A DNA stretch of 64,000 nt from an uncultured Nitrososphaeraceae archaeon (lineage in GTDB: Archaea > Thermoproteota > Nitrososphaeria > Nitrososphaerales > Nitrososphaeraceae), in assembly GCA_963837175.1 (NCBI GenBank), contig CAWIMJ010000039.1:1-64000 (forward strand), given 5' to 3'. The stretch's first letter is position 1. Each line of letters begins with the position of its first letter. This document shows, in pieces, positions 11,595 to 22,221 of the stretch. The position numbers were made by a program, and so were the translations under genes. The notes beneath the pieces are model-generated. The model saw only the letters and a program-made list of their open reading frames with translations. It made no database searches and was not told where the DNA came from.

Positions 11595-12998
11595 ATGCAA
11601 AATCAAAATATCTTAAACCATATGGTTGTTCCTGATTCAAAAGCTAGCAGTTTAAGAATTCTGGTTACAGGTGCAAGTGGCTTTATTGGAAGCCGTGTAG
11701 TACATAGACTATCTTTATCACCATCGTCCTCAGATAATCAAGAGATAATATGCATGACACGAAATGTTGAGTCATTGGAGGGTCGTTTTAATCAAGATGT
11801 CAAAATAGTCAATGCAGATGTCATTGACTATCAACAACTTGTAAAAGCAATGTCTGGAGTAGACGTTACATTTTATCTAATACATTCAATGGAAGGTTCT
11901 TCTAAAGAATGGAAGAAATTTGCAGAAAGGGACCGAGTTTCTGCAGAAAATTTTGCAAGAGCGGCCACAGAATGTGGAGTTAAGAGAATCATCTACCTTG
12001 GCGGTCTGAGTCATGTGGATGATGATAATGAGCTTTCAGAACATTTAAAGAGCAGAAAACAAGTAGGCGAAATATTAAAAACATCTGGTGCAAAAGTGAC
12101 AATATTCCGAGCAGCTGTTATTTTAGGACAAGGAGGAGGTTCTTTTCAAATGTTACAGTATCTTGTAGAGAGGCTTCCTATGATGGTGTGTCCAAAATGG
12201 GTGCTGACAAAGTCACAACCAATATCTGTAGACGATGTGGTTACTTATTTAGTTAAATCTCTGGATGTAGAAGAAACAGAAGGAAGAACATTTGAGATTG
12301 GAGGACCAGACGTACTTACATATGTAGATATGATGAGACGTTATGCAAAAATGGTAAATAGGTCAATAAAAATAATTATAATTCCTTTTCTTACTCCACG
12401 ACTTTCTTCCTACTGGGTTGATCTTATTACGCCTGTTAAAGCATCGTTAGCAAGACCTTTGATAGATAGCCTCAAACATGAGGCAACTGTAAAAGACGAT
12501 TCAATAAAGAATATGATTCCTATTCAACTAAAAAATTTTGAAGAAGCAATAAAATCTGCAAAACAAGAACAAATACAAAGAGAAAAGATTACAAGAACAG
12601 AGCGTACTTCTCGTTCTCTAAACAATAGGATCCTGTTAATGTCGCTGCTTGCAATGATTGCTATAGGATCTACTTACTATATATTTGACGCCAGACCTGA
12701 AATATTTCAAGGTAATTGGCTAATTCTAAGTGGTTGCTGGTACTTTGGAATAGCTTTTTCAATGTATTTTGTATCTAAAGGAGCAAGACTTGGTGCTATG
12801 GTTGCAGGTATAATTGGTTGGGTTACTCTTGCCTTTTGGTTAACTGATAACATATACACTGTTTTAGGTAATTCGATAATTGCTAGCTCACCGGACATGA
12901 TTATGACTATAAGAAACTTTATTGGTGCCATCATTGCCTCAGTAGTTGTAGCAGCATCTCACAATGTATTTCATAAAATAAGAGTTCATAATTTATAG
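11595..12998 (+). CDS. atypical SDR (YbjT-like NAD(P)-binding protein) with C-terminal four-TM domain
   Basis: ILVTGASGFIG, YLIHSM, SEHLKSR, LPMMVCPKWV, LIDSLKHE; hydrophobic last ~120 aa. Confidence 0.85.
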   Translation: MQNQNILNHMVVPDSKASSLRILVTGASGFIGSRVVHRLSLSPSSSDNQEIICMTRNVESLEGRFNQDVKIVNADVIDYQQLVKAMSGVDVTFYLIHSMEGSSKEWKKFAERDRVSAENFARAATECGVKRIIYLGGLSHVDDDNELSEHLKSRKQVGEILKTSGAKVTIFRAAVILGQGGGSFQMLQYLVERLPMMVCPKWVLTKSQPISVDDVVTYLVKSLDVEETEGRTFEIGGPDVLTYVDMMRRYAKMVNRSIKIIIIPFLTPRLSSYWVDLITPVKASLARPLIDSLKHEATVKDDSIKNMIPIQLKNFEEAIKSAKQEQIQREKITRTERTSRSLNNRILLMSLLAMIAIGSTYYIFDARPEIFQGNWLILSGCWYFGIAFSMYFVSKGARLGAMVAGIIGWVTLAFWLTDNIYTVLGNSIIASSPDMIMTIRNFIGAIIASVVVAASHNVFHKIRVHNL

Positions 12999-13048
12999 TT
13001 AGGCACTATAAAGAAAATTAGCCACTTGTTTTTATATTACTAATACAA

Positions 13049-13630
13049 ATGCATGTCATGGAATGGCAAAAAACCTCAAAATTATTTATACTGTATTGCT
13101 CACTAGCAGGATTTATTTCAGCTTGGGCAATCTCTGGTCTACTTGTAACAGTGGATCTTATATCGGGAAGTCCACCAGGTACGTTCTTTGCTGTAATTGG
13201 CATTTCTCTAGGATTTACTGATACTACAACCGCTCAATACATAGGGTTTGCACTACATCTATTAACAGGACTCGCTGCAGGAAATATATTTGGACAACTC
13301 GCGCTATTTTGGCGAAAAATTGCACCATATAACGCAAGATACGGCGTGCCGAGAGGAATGATCGTTGGTATAGCTTTATGGCTCGTGTTGTTCGTACCAC
13401 TTGCAACCTTTGCGATACAGCCAAGGCTTGATTCCTTTGCATTCTCAGCACCAAATCAATATATCTATAACATAGCTTTACACTTTCAGGGATTATATCC
13501 TATTATTGTAGGAGGATCATTTTTTTTCCATCTTATATATGGTGCGATGACTGGATTTATATCTGGAAGAATGGCAGGATTGGGAGTATTTGCAACGAGA
13601 ATTAAACCCACTACACAACCATCCTCCTAA
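13049..13630 (+). CDS. integral membrane protein
   Basis: Four hydrophobic segments, two carrying His (GFALHLLTG, FFHLIYG). Confidence 0.75.
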   Translation: MHVMEWQKTSKLFILYCSLAGFISAWAISGLLVTVDLISGSPPGTFFAVIGISLGFTDTTTAQYIGFALHLLTGLAAGNIFGQLALFWRKIAPYNARYGVPRGMIVGIALWLVLFVPLATFAIQPRLDSFAFSAPNQYIYNIALHFQGLYPIIVGGSFFFHLIYGAMTGFISGRMAGLGVFATRIKPTTQPSS

Positions 13631-13720
13631 TCATTTCCTTTTTTAGCACTAGATTATGATTTATCACCAATTAATATAATTGGAGATAGTATGGAAGATA
13701 ATTAATAATTCTGGTCAGAA

Positions 13721-14602
13721 ATGGTATATATCAGAAGTAAAAAAGTAAAAGGCATTGATTATGCGTATCTTGTTCAAAGCAGGTGGGATCATAAAAACAA
13801 TACTTCAAAGCAACAGATAATAAAGTATCTTGGAAGAACAACTAATGTAACAATTGAAGATATACCTGAACAATATCGCCATGATCCTAAGATTACTACA
13901 TTTATCTCAGTTTACAGCTCTTCTTCTCCAGACAAAGAAAAACTGCTAGCAAAAATACAAGAGGAAGTATTTTCATTATTATTAGAGTGCAACCTGGGGG
14001 ATCTTTTTAAAATATACAAGAAGTATTCGTCATTATTTGGACTCATAGATTTTTATGATAAGCTACTAAAACCTGTCATGCATAAGATTGGAGAACTGTG
14101 GGAGCAAGGAAAACTTGATGTTGCAACTGAACATGCATGTACTAATACTGCCAGCAGTCTAGTAAAGGCAATAAATGAACAAATTTCTCATTCTAAAGCA
14201 ACTAGATCACAACATAAAATTCTGATATGCACTCCAGATGGAGAATTACACAGTTTAGTCTGCAATATAATAGAATCTCTACTTCTTAACAAAGGATTTA
14301 AAGTATATAATATCTCACCTTCAGTTCCTTCAGAATCAATTATTGGCTATGTAAAGAATATTGAACCTGCTATAATACTAATTTCAGTAACTATTACAGA
14401 CAATGTAAAAACAGTTGAAAGACTAATCAAGGAAATTCGTTTAAAGTTTCATAAAGTACCCATTTTAGTAGGTGGTTCTGGTTTAAATAATAATGATGGG
14501 GTTGATAATGATAATAATTATTATGATATTAAGCGCAGTGTAATGTTGATACCTAAGACATCATTTGGTGAGCTGATAAAATTTATAATCCATATCTCTT
14601 GA
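13721..14602 (+). CDS. cobalamin-binding domain protein (CarH/LitR-like sensor module) with basic N-terminal domain
   Basis: W-x9-EH (WEQGKLDVATEH) in the cap domain and E-x-H (DGELHSL) plus ISVT and ILVGG in the Rossmann domain. Confidence 0.85.
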   Translation: MVYIRSKKVKGIDYAYLVQSRWDHKNNTSKQQIIKYLGRTTNVTIEDIPEQYRHDPKITTFISVYSSSSPDKEKLLAKIQEEVFSLLLECNLGDLFKIYKKYSSLFGLIDFYDKLLKPVMHKIGELWEQGKLDVATEHACTNTASSLVKAINEQISHSKATRSQHKILICTPDGELHSLVCNIIESLLLNKGFKVYNISPSVPSESIIGYVKNIEPAIILISVTITDNVKTVERLIKEIRLKFHKVPILVGGSGLNNNDGVDNDNNYYDIKRSVMLIPKTSFGELIKFIIHIS

Positions 14603-14889
14603 AAAATAAATTGACAACAATGAACCTACCTGATTTTCCAATTATATAAGAAAAAAACTTGCAATAAAAAAGTTATAATATTTCATTTTCTTTTTGTTAA
14701 GTTGCAGTTTTAGATCCTTGAATCATTTTATAATATTACTTGTAGCTCGGAAACTCAAAAAATTGGCGGGCTCAGAAACATCTAGTCCATCCTTCGCCTG
14801 GATTAATATTGTATCAATTGTTAAACTAGTCAATAATTTTATTCATTGTTGGATTTGAGAAAATAAGGAGAATATTTATCAAAAACCAG

Positions 14890-15200
14890 TCTCGTCTGGC
14901 TAGTATAGGGTTTTGAGCAATTGTTATTATATTGGCCTCATAGTCATGGCATTTCCTGTAGGTACTACCATATTTTTGATATATTTAATGGCATTTGCGT
15001 TATAGTTTGATGGTAATGCTATCTCCTTTCTTTGGTGTGGTTCTGGTAGCTTTCATATTAGGAATAGCACTTTTGATAATTGGAATACAGATAATTGTAG
15101 CTGGAATATCATGTGGGCAAAAAGCAATGATACGGCATAGGTTTATGGGATGTTGAATTTATCTAATGTATTAGTAGGAGCTTAATATGTAGGCTGTTAG
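14890..15200 (+). pseudogene. degraded membrane protein, possibly HdeD/DUF308-like
   Basis: Fragments RLASIG.., GLIVMAFPVGTTIFLIYLMAFAL with stops and frameshifts. Confidence 0.35.
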
Positions 15201-15541
15201 CCCACCCTACGAAAGAAAGATAATCATAAGGATAAATTCTAAATCTGTAAAAATATCTCGTTCCGTTTGAAGTGTTGAAATTGTAGCAAGTAGTAAAAAG
15301 TAGTAGAATGTGAGATGCAAGAAAATAATAGAGGATCGTAATATTTTATAATTATATTAATCTGACGAATCAACTTACAAAAATTAGCTAATAAAAGCTA
15401 ATCATATTTTTAAATATCATTATCAGTCAGACTTTTAATAATTTTATTGTATCTGAAGAGCATGGTCGAAAAAAGTAGGATAGTTAACTCTTCAGTCTTT
15501 ATATTAACCGCTGCTTTCCGAAATCGAGGTACTGACTAAAA

Positions 15542-18292
15542 ATGCTAGAAGAATATCATAAAAAAAGAAACTTTACTATGACACCAGAACCAAGAGGAAA
15601 CACAAATCAATCAAAAGAAAATAAAAATAAATTTGTAGTACAAAAGCATGACGCTACACGATTACATTATGACTTTAGACTTGAAGATAAAAAAGAAGGA
15701 GTATTGAAATCTTGGGCTGTACCAAAAGGAATTTCTCTTGACTCTAAAATGAAGAGGCTTGCAGTCATAACAGAAGACCATCCATTAGATTATTTGCTTT
15801 TTGAAGGGGTTATTCCAGAAGGAAGCTATGGAGCAGGGACTGTAATCGTATGGGATACTGGAACGTATACATCGGAAGGAGAAATCTCGGAGCAATTTGA
15901 TAATGGTAAGATTACTTTTACCTTATTTGGTCGGAAATTAAGAGGGAGGTTTTCTCTAGTCAGAACTTCAAAAGAAAAGCAATGGCTTTTAATAAAATCA
16001 AGTGATGAGTTTGCATCTAATGAAGATTTGACTATTACAAGACCTGAATCTGTTTTAAGTGGAAGGATAAATGAAGATTTAGAAAGATATCATTACAAAA
16101 AGGACAGAAGTTCTTTTGCTAAAGCAGTGAAAATAAGCGAAAAGGTAAGCAATCATAGAAGAAAAAAAGGAGAAGAGGAAAAATATGGTGGTGGTGACGC
16201 CACTGCTACCAGTGATACTGATCAACAAGAAGAGTTCCCTACCAAAATTAAACCAATGTTATCTACGTTGGTTAATGAACCATTTAACAATAAAGATTGG
16301 GTTTTTGAAGTCAAGTGGGACGGTGTCCGCTCCATACTCTTTTTTCACAAGACAAAAGGAATATTGGAAATGCAATCGAGAAATGGTAAATCAATTACTC
16401 ACAGATATCCAGAAATAATAAAGGCATTAAAATCGATATCATCAGCTATAAAGTGCAAAGAATCAGCCATTTTAGACGGTGAGATTGTGGTATCAGATAA
16501 AAAAAATGGCATTCCTAATTTTCAAGATCATCAGAGAAGAATGAATATTAACAATATTAAGGAAATTGAAGTTTTATCTAGACAAATACCAGCCACTTAT
16601 TACTTTTTTGATATTCTTTATCTTGATGGAAAGAACTTGCAGAGCTTACCGTTCTTGGAGAGACGAAAGATTTTATCCGAGATTATTGAAGAGAATAGTA
16701 GAACAAAAATATCTGATTTTATCGAAGAAATAGGTAAGAAAATTTTTGATAAAACGAAGAGTTTGGGCTTAGAAGGGATAGTAGCCAAACATAAATCAAG
16801 CAAATACTTACAAGGAATACGATCTAGAGACTGGCTAAAGATTAAGAATATTAAGACTCAAGACTGTATTATAATAGGCTACACTAAAGGGGAAGGAAAT
16901 AGAGAAAATTACTTTGGCTCACTTCTTCTCGCAGCCTATGATTCAAAGAGTAAATTGCGATTTGTCGGTCATACTGGAAGTGGATTTGACTTTGATCAAC
17001 TTGGGAAAATATATGAAATGCTTCAAAAAACGAAGGTGGAAAAATGCCAAATTAGCTATGTACCATATACGAACCGAGATCCCGTCTGGATTAAACCAGA
17101 GCTTGTTGCAGAAATAAAGTTTAGCAACTGGACTGGTGAAAAAATTATGAGGGCTCCCATATTTCTTAGATTTAGAGAAGACAAAATACCTAAAGACTGC
17201 ATAATAGGAGAAGAAATAGAAAAACATGTAGAAGAGATCATAAAACAACAAGAAGGAATAGGGAAGCATGATAATTTGGACTCAACTTCTTCTTTCTCCT
17301 CCTCTCTCTCTTTCTCAAACCTCGATAAAGTATTCTGGGATAAAGCCAGAAATCAGCCACAACTTGCAAAAAAAGACTTGATAGAATACTATGACAAAAT
17401 TAGTTCTTATATTCTTCCTTATCTCAAAGATAGGCCGTTATCATTAAGTAGATATCCTGATGGAATTAAAGGAAAGTCATTTTATCATAAAAATTGGAAT
17501 CAAGAAAAACCAGCATTTGTTCAGGCTGTAAAAGTTTATTCCGAATCAAGAGAAGATAATATAATCAATTATCTTGTATGTAATAATAAAGAGACTCTAC
17601 TATGGCTGGCGAACTTAGGTTGTATCGAGATACACCCATGGTATAGTAGAGTTAATGATTTTAACTCATGTAATGAAAAAGATGATATTTTATATGAAGA
17701 AAAATGTGGCTTGAATTTTCCTGATTTTATAATCTTTGATTTGGATCCTTATATTTATTCAGGAGTAGAAAATAAAGTCCAAGAACCTGAATATAATTTA
17801 AAAGCATTTAAAGCAACAGTTGATGTGGCTTATAATCTAAAAGAATTATTTGATGAATTAAAGATTGAGTCTTATGTAAAAACATCAGGAAAAACTGGCT
17901 TGCATATTTTTGTTCCTGTGGCTACCTTCTATACTTACGAACAAACTAGGCGCTTTGCAGAAATCATAGGTAAAATTCTGAAAAGAAGACACCCACAAAA
18001 AATTACAATGGAATGGGATACTACTAAAAGGAAAGGAAAGGTATTCTTTGACCATAATCAGAATGCTAGGGGAAAAACAATAGCATCAATTTTTTCAGCA
18101 AGACCGTCTAGTTTAGCTACTGTATCTATGCCCGCCAGATGGGAAGATCTGTCAAGCATACTTCCAACAGATTTTACTATGATAAATGTTCCTCACATTG
18201 TCAAAAAGTCAGTAAATCCATGGCTAGACATACTAGAAAGGAAACAAGACATAAATAAAATTCTTGAAAATGTTTCAGAGATCTTTGTATAA
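15542..18292 (+). CDS. ligD: DNA ligase D (phosphoesterase-ligase-polymerase fusion)
   Basis: PE: QKHDATRLHYDFRLE, SWAVPKG; LIG: EVKWDGVR, LDGEIV, EGIVAK, WLKIK; POL: FDLDP, KTSGKTGLH, FDHNQN. Confidence 0.95.
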   Translation: MLEEYHKKRNFTMTPEPRGNTNQSKENKNKFVVQKHDATRLHYDFRLEDKKEGVLKSWAVPKGISLDSKMKRLAVITEDHPLDYLLFEGVIPEGSYGAGTVIVWDTGTYTSEGEISEQFDNGKITFTLFGRKLRGRFSLVRTSKEKQWLLIKSSDEFASNEDLTITRPESVLSGRINEDLERYHYKKDRSSFAKAVKISEKVSNHRRKKGEEEKYGGGDATATSDTDQQEEFPTKIKPMLSTLVNEPFNNKDWVFEVKWDGVRSILFFHKTKGILEMQSRNGKSITHRYPEIIKALKSISSAIKCKESAILDGEIVVSDKKNGIPNFQDHQRRMNINNIKEIEVLSRQIPATYYFFDILYLDGKNLQSLPFLERRKILSEIIEENSRTKISDFIEEIGKKIFDKTKSLGLEGIVAKHKSSKYLQGIRSRDWLKIKNIKTQDCIIIGYTKGEGNRENYFGSLLLAAYDSKSKLRFVGHTGSGFDFDQLGKIYEMLQKTKVEKCQISYVPYTNRDPVWIKPELVAEIKFSNWTGEKIMRAPIFLRFREDKIPKDCIIGEEIEKHVEEIIKQQEGIGKHDNLDSTSSFSSSLSFSNLDKVFWDKARNQPQLAKKDLIEYYDKISSYILPYLKDRPLSLSRYPDGIKGKSFYHKNWNQEKPAFVQAVKVYSESREDNIINYLVCNNKETLLWLANLGCIEIHPWYSRVNDFNSCNEKDDILYEEKCGLNFPDFIIFDLDPYIYSGVENKVQEPEYNLKAFKATVDVAYNLKELFDELKIESYVKTSGKTGLHIFVPVATFYTYEQTRRFAEIIGKILKRRHPQKITMEWDTTKRKGKVFFDHNQNARGKTIASIFSARPSSLATVSMPARWEDLSSILPTDFTMINVPHIVKKSVNPWLDILERKQDINKILENVSEIFV

Positions 18293-18789
18293 GATGAAAA
18301 CGCTCCCCATTCCTCTTTCTCCTCCTTCTCTCTCTTCCTCATTCATCCCCAACAAATTAATTGCATGTTGTTACTTTTGATAGGTAACCATCCAATCATA
18401 GAGTCAGTTAGTCAGTCAGCTAGTTGTTACTACAATATCCAATTGCTTGCTTAGCGTAGTGTAGTTGTAGAGTGGTAGGAGGACATCATTTCTCATTTGC
18501 TAGCCTGCTTATCTATTATATACGTGTATGTTAGTTTGCTCGTGGATGAGTTTGTGTCAGATAACGGCCAGAGACATACATACATGTATACAATAGAATT
18601 CGTCCATCCCCGAATATAACCAGACTATACCACCGTAAATAGTAGTTACTAAACGTACATCACTAGGTAAATGATAAAAAGAATTAACTGGTGCATTATT
18701 AGGGACCAACTTTATGTTTGCTTAAGGTGATTTAAAAAAGAAAGAAAAAGTAGTTAGGACTAAATGTTTTGATCATACTTTTCTATTTA

Positions 18790-19030
18790 AATTCAATAAA
18801 TGCTGGAGAAAAAATGGTTCTTCTTTCGATATATAATGAAATAACAAAAACGAATTGTTGGGTTTGGTTCATCATACGCTGGTATCTATAACAGTAATAA
18901 TCCTGACCATTTATTTTCATGGGAGTTCTCTACTACAAATATTTCCTTGACTAAATGCATCTATCTAGTTTTTGAATCTATTGGCAAATTCAGCGTATAT
19001 TTGACCCATTTCCACAAAAATATATACATA
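18790..19030 (-). pseudogene. highly degraded IS6-family-like transposase remnant
   Basis: Fragments HLVKEIFVV / TPMKINGQDY / AYDEPN resemble the DET..KI.G..YWLW.AYEP core. Confidence 0.4.
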
Positions 19031-19125
19031 TGCTTTAGGTTATTTTATCATCTTAAACAAGCTAAAGTTTGACTCAAATTAACAGAACCTTTTAAAGAAT
19101 AAAAAGAATATCGCTCTAATGAGTT

Positions 19126-19416
19126 TTAGCGCATCTCCTTTTCATTTGGTTCCCATAATGAACATATTCCATGGCGTGATATTTCACCTGAGCTTTTACC
19201 ATATACATCTGGTCCCCCATCTGTAACAATAGCACAATGATTTGGCTTCATAAAGTATATACAATTATAACAGAAATATCCAGTGTGATGATCCGAGTCT
19301 TTAAACTGTTCCATCTCCATGTATCTTGCAGTCACTTTTGACAACTTCCTTAGTTTTGTTGCTTCTTGGGGTATATTTTGAGTAGAATCTTCTGACATAT
19401 CTGATTTATTATTCAC
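19126..19416 (-). CDS. HiPIP-like small iron-sulfur protein
   Basis: CYNCIYF...HCAIV...GEISRHGICSLW four-Cys pattern. Confidence 0.6.
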   Translation of the reverse strand: MNNKSDMSEDSTQNIPQEATKLRKLSKVTARYMEMEQFKDSDHHTGYFCYNCIYFMKPNHCAIVTDGGPDVYGKSSGEISRHGICSLWEPNEKEMR

Positions 19417-19807
19417 TAAATTGTTTATATGTAGATCATCATAAAAGCCTCGGTATAGTAATTACTAAAATCTGATAGTACTGTATTAACAAAACCATTA
19501 GATTAGTTAAATAAACTTGCCTTATTCTAGTTGCTGATTCTATAGATAACTGCCATAAAATACACTCATTCTAGAAGCATAGCAATTTGATGATTAAGTG
19601 TTGATGTAGAATGATGATTTGGGATATACGGGGAAAATGTAAGCGAATATGCTGCTAATGCAATCTAAAGCAATATTGCAACACTCCTTATAATAAAAAA
19701 TTCTCTTCATTATTATCTCATGTTTGTTTTGCTTTTAATATATATATTTTAAATAATTGAGTAATACTTACTTTTTTTCCCTTAATTTATCAAAAACTTA
19801 AATGTTA

Positions 19808-20446
19808 TTATTGCATATTATGTATTTCTATTGCTATTCCTTTCTCTATGAAAGATCGCGCATTTTCAAATGGCAGTACTGCAACGTCTTCCTCTTGGAA
19901 TGGTCCATACTTTGTCATATCCACTCCCACAAACTGTTCCATAGATTTGATAAATCTGATAACTATTTGTTTTGCCCGAATTTTGGCAGACATTGATTCC
20001 ATAACTTTAGGTCTTCCATTGATAGTTGCGGCAAGGACAGCATTTCTTCTTTTATCAGACTCATTTTCTCCATCCAAAATATATTTTTCCTCATCTGTAA
20101 GTTTTGAATAATCCACTGCTGTTGCCGCCGACGATGAGGAAGATAATATTTCATGCTGGTATTCTTTTAACTTTTGGTGCCTACATTCAAGCAATAGTTG
20201 GGCGGATTTAGATATCATCTCAACCATTCTATCTCTAATTTTTACTTCTATTCCCTCGTAGCCCTGCCCTTTTATATTACCAAGCAGAGTAGCAATATTT
20301 TGATAAGTGTCAAGAGGTATAGATTGTAATGTAGGGATTTGGATTTCTGTCACTAGTAAATTGTATACATCATCAATTGTTAATGATATGTTGGTATTGT
20401 TTCTTGCTTCTGAGTCTTGATCTTCTCTTATTGTTGTCATGATCAT
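19808..20446 (-). CDS. GINS complex subunit (Gins51-like, helical A domain then B domain)
   Basis: C-terminal IRFIKSMEQFVGVDMTKYGPFQEEDVAVLPFENA..FIEKGIA. Confidence 0.8.
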   Translation of the reverse strand: MIMTTIREDQDSEARNNTNISLTIDDVYNLLVTEIQIPTLQSIPLDTYQNIATLLGNIKGQGYEGIEVKIRDRMVEMISKSAQLLLECRHQKLKEYQHEILSSSSSAATAVDYSKLTDEEKYILDGENESDKRRNAVLAATINGRPKVMESMSAKIRAKQIVIRFIKSMEQFVGVDMTKYGPFQEEDVAVLPFENARSFIEKGIAIEIHNMQ

Positions 20447-20703
20447 TAATCATCATTTGGTAATATATTTTCTGTATTATTTAAAAAATTTTCTCTATAT
20501 TGAATCATTGTGATGTTTTTATAATTATAATTTCTTATTTCTTTGGATGAAATAATATACCCCTTCTTTTCATATGTATATTCATAAACATACAATTCTA
20601 AGTCAAGAGAAAGTACAATATTAAAACATTGTTCCTAGTGAAATGAATGTGTAGAAAAGATAAGTTACATACACCTTATAAACTTTAGAACATATTATAG
20701 TAT

Positions 20704-21210
20704 GTGAGCAGCGAAGATAACAACGCCCAAAGGAAAAGTCCAAATGAAAAAAAGGCAGAAGAAACGACAAGTAAGAATCCTGAGGATGTTGAGGACAGTA
20801 ACATTATAGTAATCAGTCCATCAGATACTGGATCGAAGGTTTATGAAGCTGATCAGTCATCAAGCCAAGTAGAATCGGTGTCTACTAAAGCTAAAGAAGC
20901 TGGACTGTCTCTCAGGGAACTTATTTTAGCATTTGGTAGGAAAGCTAAAGGTGCGACTGAAGCGACATCCAAAGAAATAAAGTCAAAAACTATTGATGTT
21001 ACTGCACCAGAGTCGAAAGATATTCAAAGCTTGGGAGCAAATGTAGACAGTATAATCGCAGTATTCGAAGATACTATGGATGAGATTCAAAAAGAAGATT
21101 ACGATGAGCAAGAAAAGTTGTTAGCAGGTTACAAAAAATATTTAGAATCACAGACCAAAGTTGTTGATGCAAGGTTAAATTTGGCAAAAAGACTTAAACG
21201 TGGCGCTTGA
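20704..21210 (+). CDS. hypothetical charged helical protein
   Basis: 168 aa ORF with C-terminal coiled-coil character. Confidence 0.7.
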   Translation: MSSEDNNAQRKSPNEKKAEETTSKNPEDVEDSNIIVISPSDTGSKVYEADQSSSQVESVSTKAKEAGLSLRELILAFGRKAKGATEATSKEIKSKTIDVTAPESKDIQSLGANVDSIIAVFEDTMDEIQKEDYDEQEKLLAGYKKYLESQTKVVDARLNLAKRLKRGA

Positions 21211-21963
21211 ATAATAAAATGGTATTTTCTGTAAATTGTATTCACATACATGTTTGAGGTTTGAATAAGAAAGAGTAATTTACCGCTGCTTTTTTATTAT
21301 AGATATATGCAGGCAAAACAGAGAAAACGATTACTAATTTATGCAGGCATAGGGTTCATTATTAGTGGTATTGTTTCTATACTTTTGGTATACAATTTAT
21401 GGTATTAGTAAGTTCAATATATTTGAAAACTTTATTATAAAAAACTCTATCCCTCAAAATGACAACTAAATTTCTCGAAAATTTCATAAAAGTATGCAAA
21501 AACAAAGATATTGTAATGATAAATGAAGTTCTAACTGATGGGAAATTATTGATACAGATAATACCAAAAAAAATAAGGTCAATATTAGATCTAATTACAA
21601 AGATTGGTGGGATACACAAAGGAAAAGGGTTGGGAAGACTGCGCCTATCATCTCCTCCCTAAATCCATACTAAATACTATAAATAATGCAATGGCAATAA
21701 CTTCTTCTGCTGCAGAATATAGGTTGTAGGAGCGAGAATGAGAAAGAGATTACAAGAAACTAGTAGATGTAGAAGTCACTGGCTACAAAAAGTTAAGGAG
21801 CTCATTTTTACCTTGAACCAGGATTATTCTATTGTCTGTCTTTCTGCCTGTCTGTTGACTTAAATATCGACAATAATAAAAGTAAATCAAAATATTATTT
21901 TATATGTGTAATTTTGTTTTAGAAAAATTGTTTAAATTTAACTTTATTATATATGTATTCATA

Positions 21964-22221
21964 GTGGAAGTCCATAATAGCAAGAGCTGCAATTCTCGAG
22001 TTCATGCTTATAAGAATGGCAAAACGATGGAGGATTGCAGACAACAAGCAAAAAAAAATACAGAATTACTATCAGAAGAAATATCAAATAGAGGCGAGGT
22101 TTCATGGACAAGAATATTAGAAGCAACAGATTATGATGAATTAATTTACAAATTAACTTTAAAATATCTACGACAAAAAGGATATGACATTGGCAATAAT
22201 AAAATTCCAAGGGTTAAGTAA
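21964..22221 (+). CDS. hypothetical protein
   Basis: ORF with plausible GTG start at 21964; start uncertain. Confidence 0.6.
   Translation: MEVHNSKSCNSRVHAYKNGKTMEDCRQQAKKNTELLSEEISNRGEVSWTRILEATDYDELIYKLTLKYLRQKGYDIGNNKIPRVK

Noticed and set aside
18300-18660. Pyrimidine tract and short AGTC repeats after ligD
   Set aside because: Low-complexity sequence with no periodic array or convincing structure
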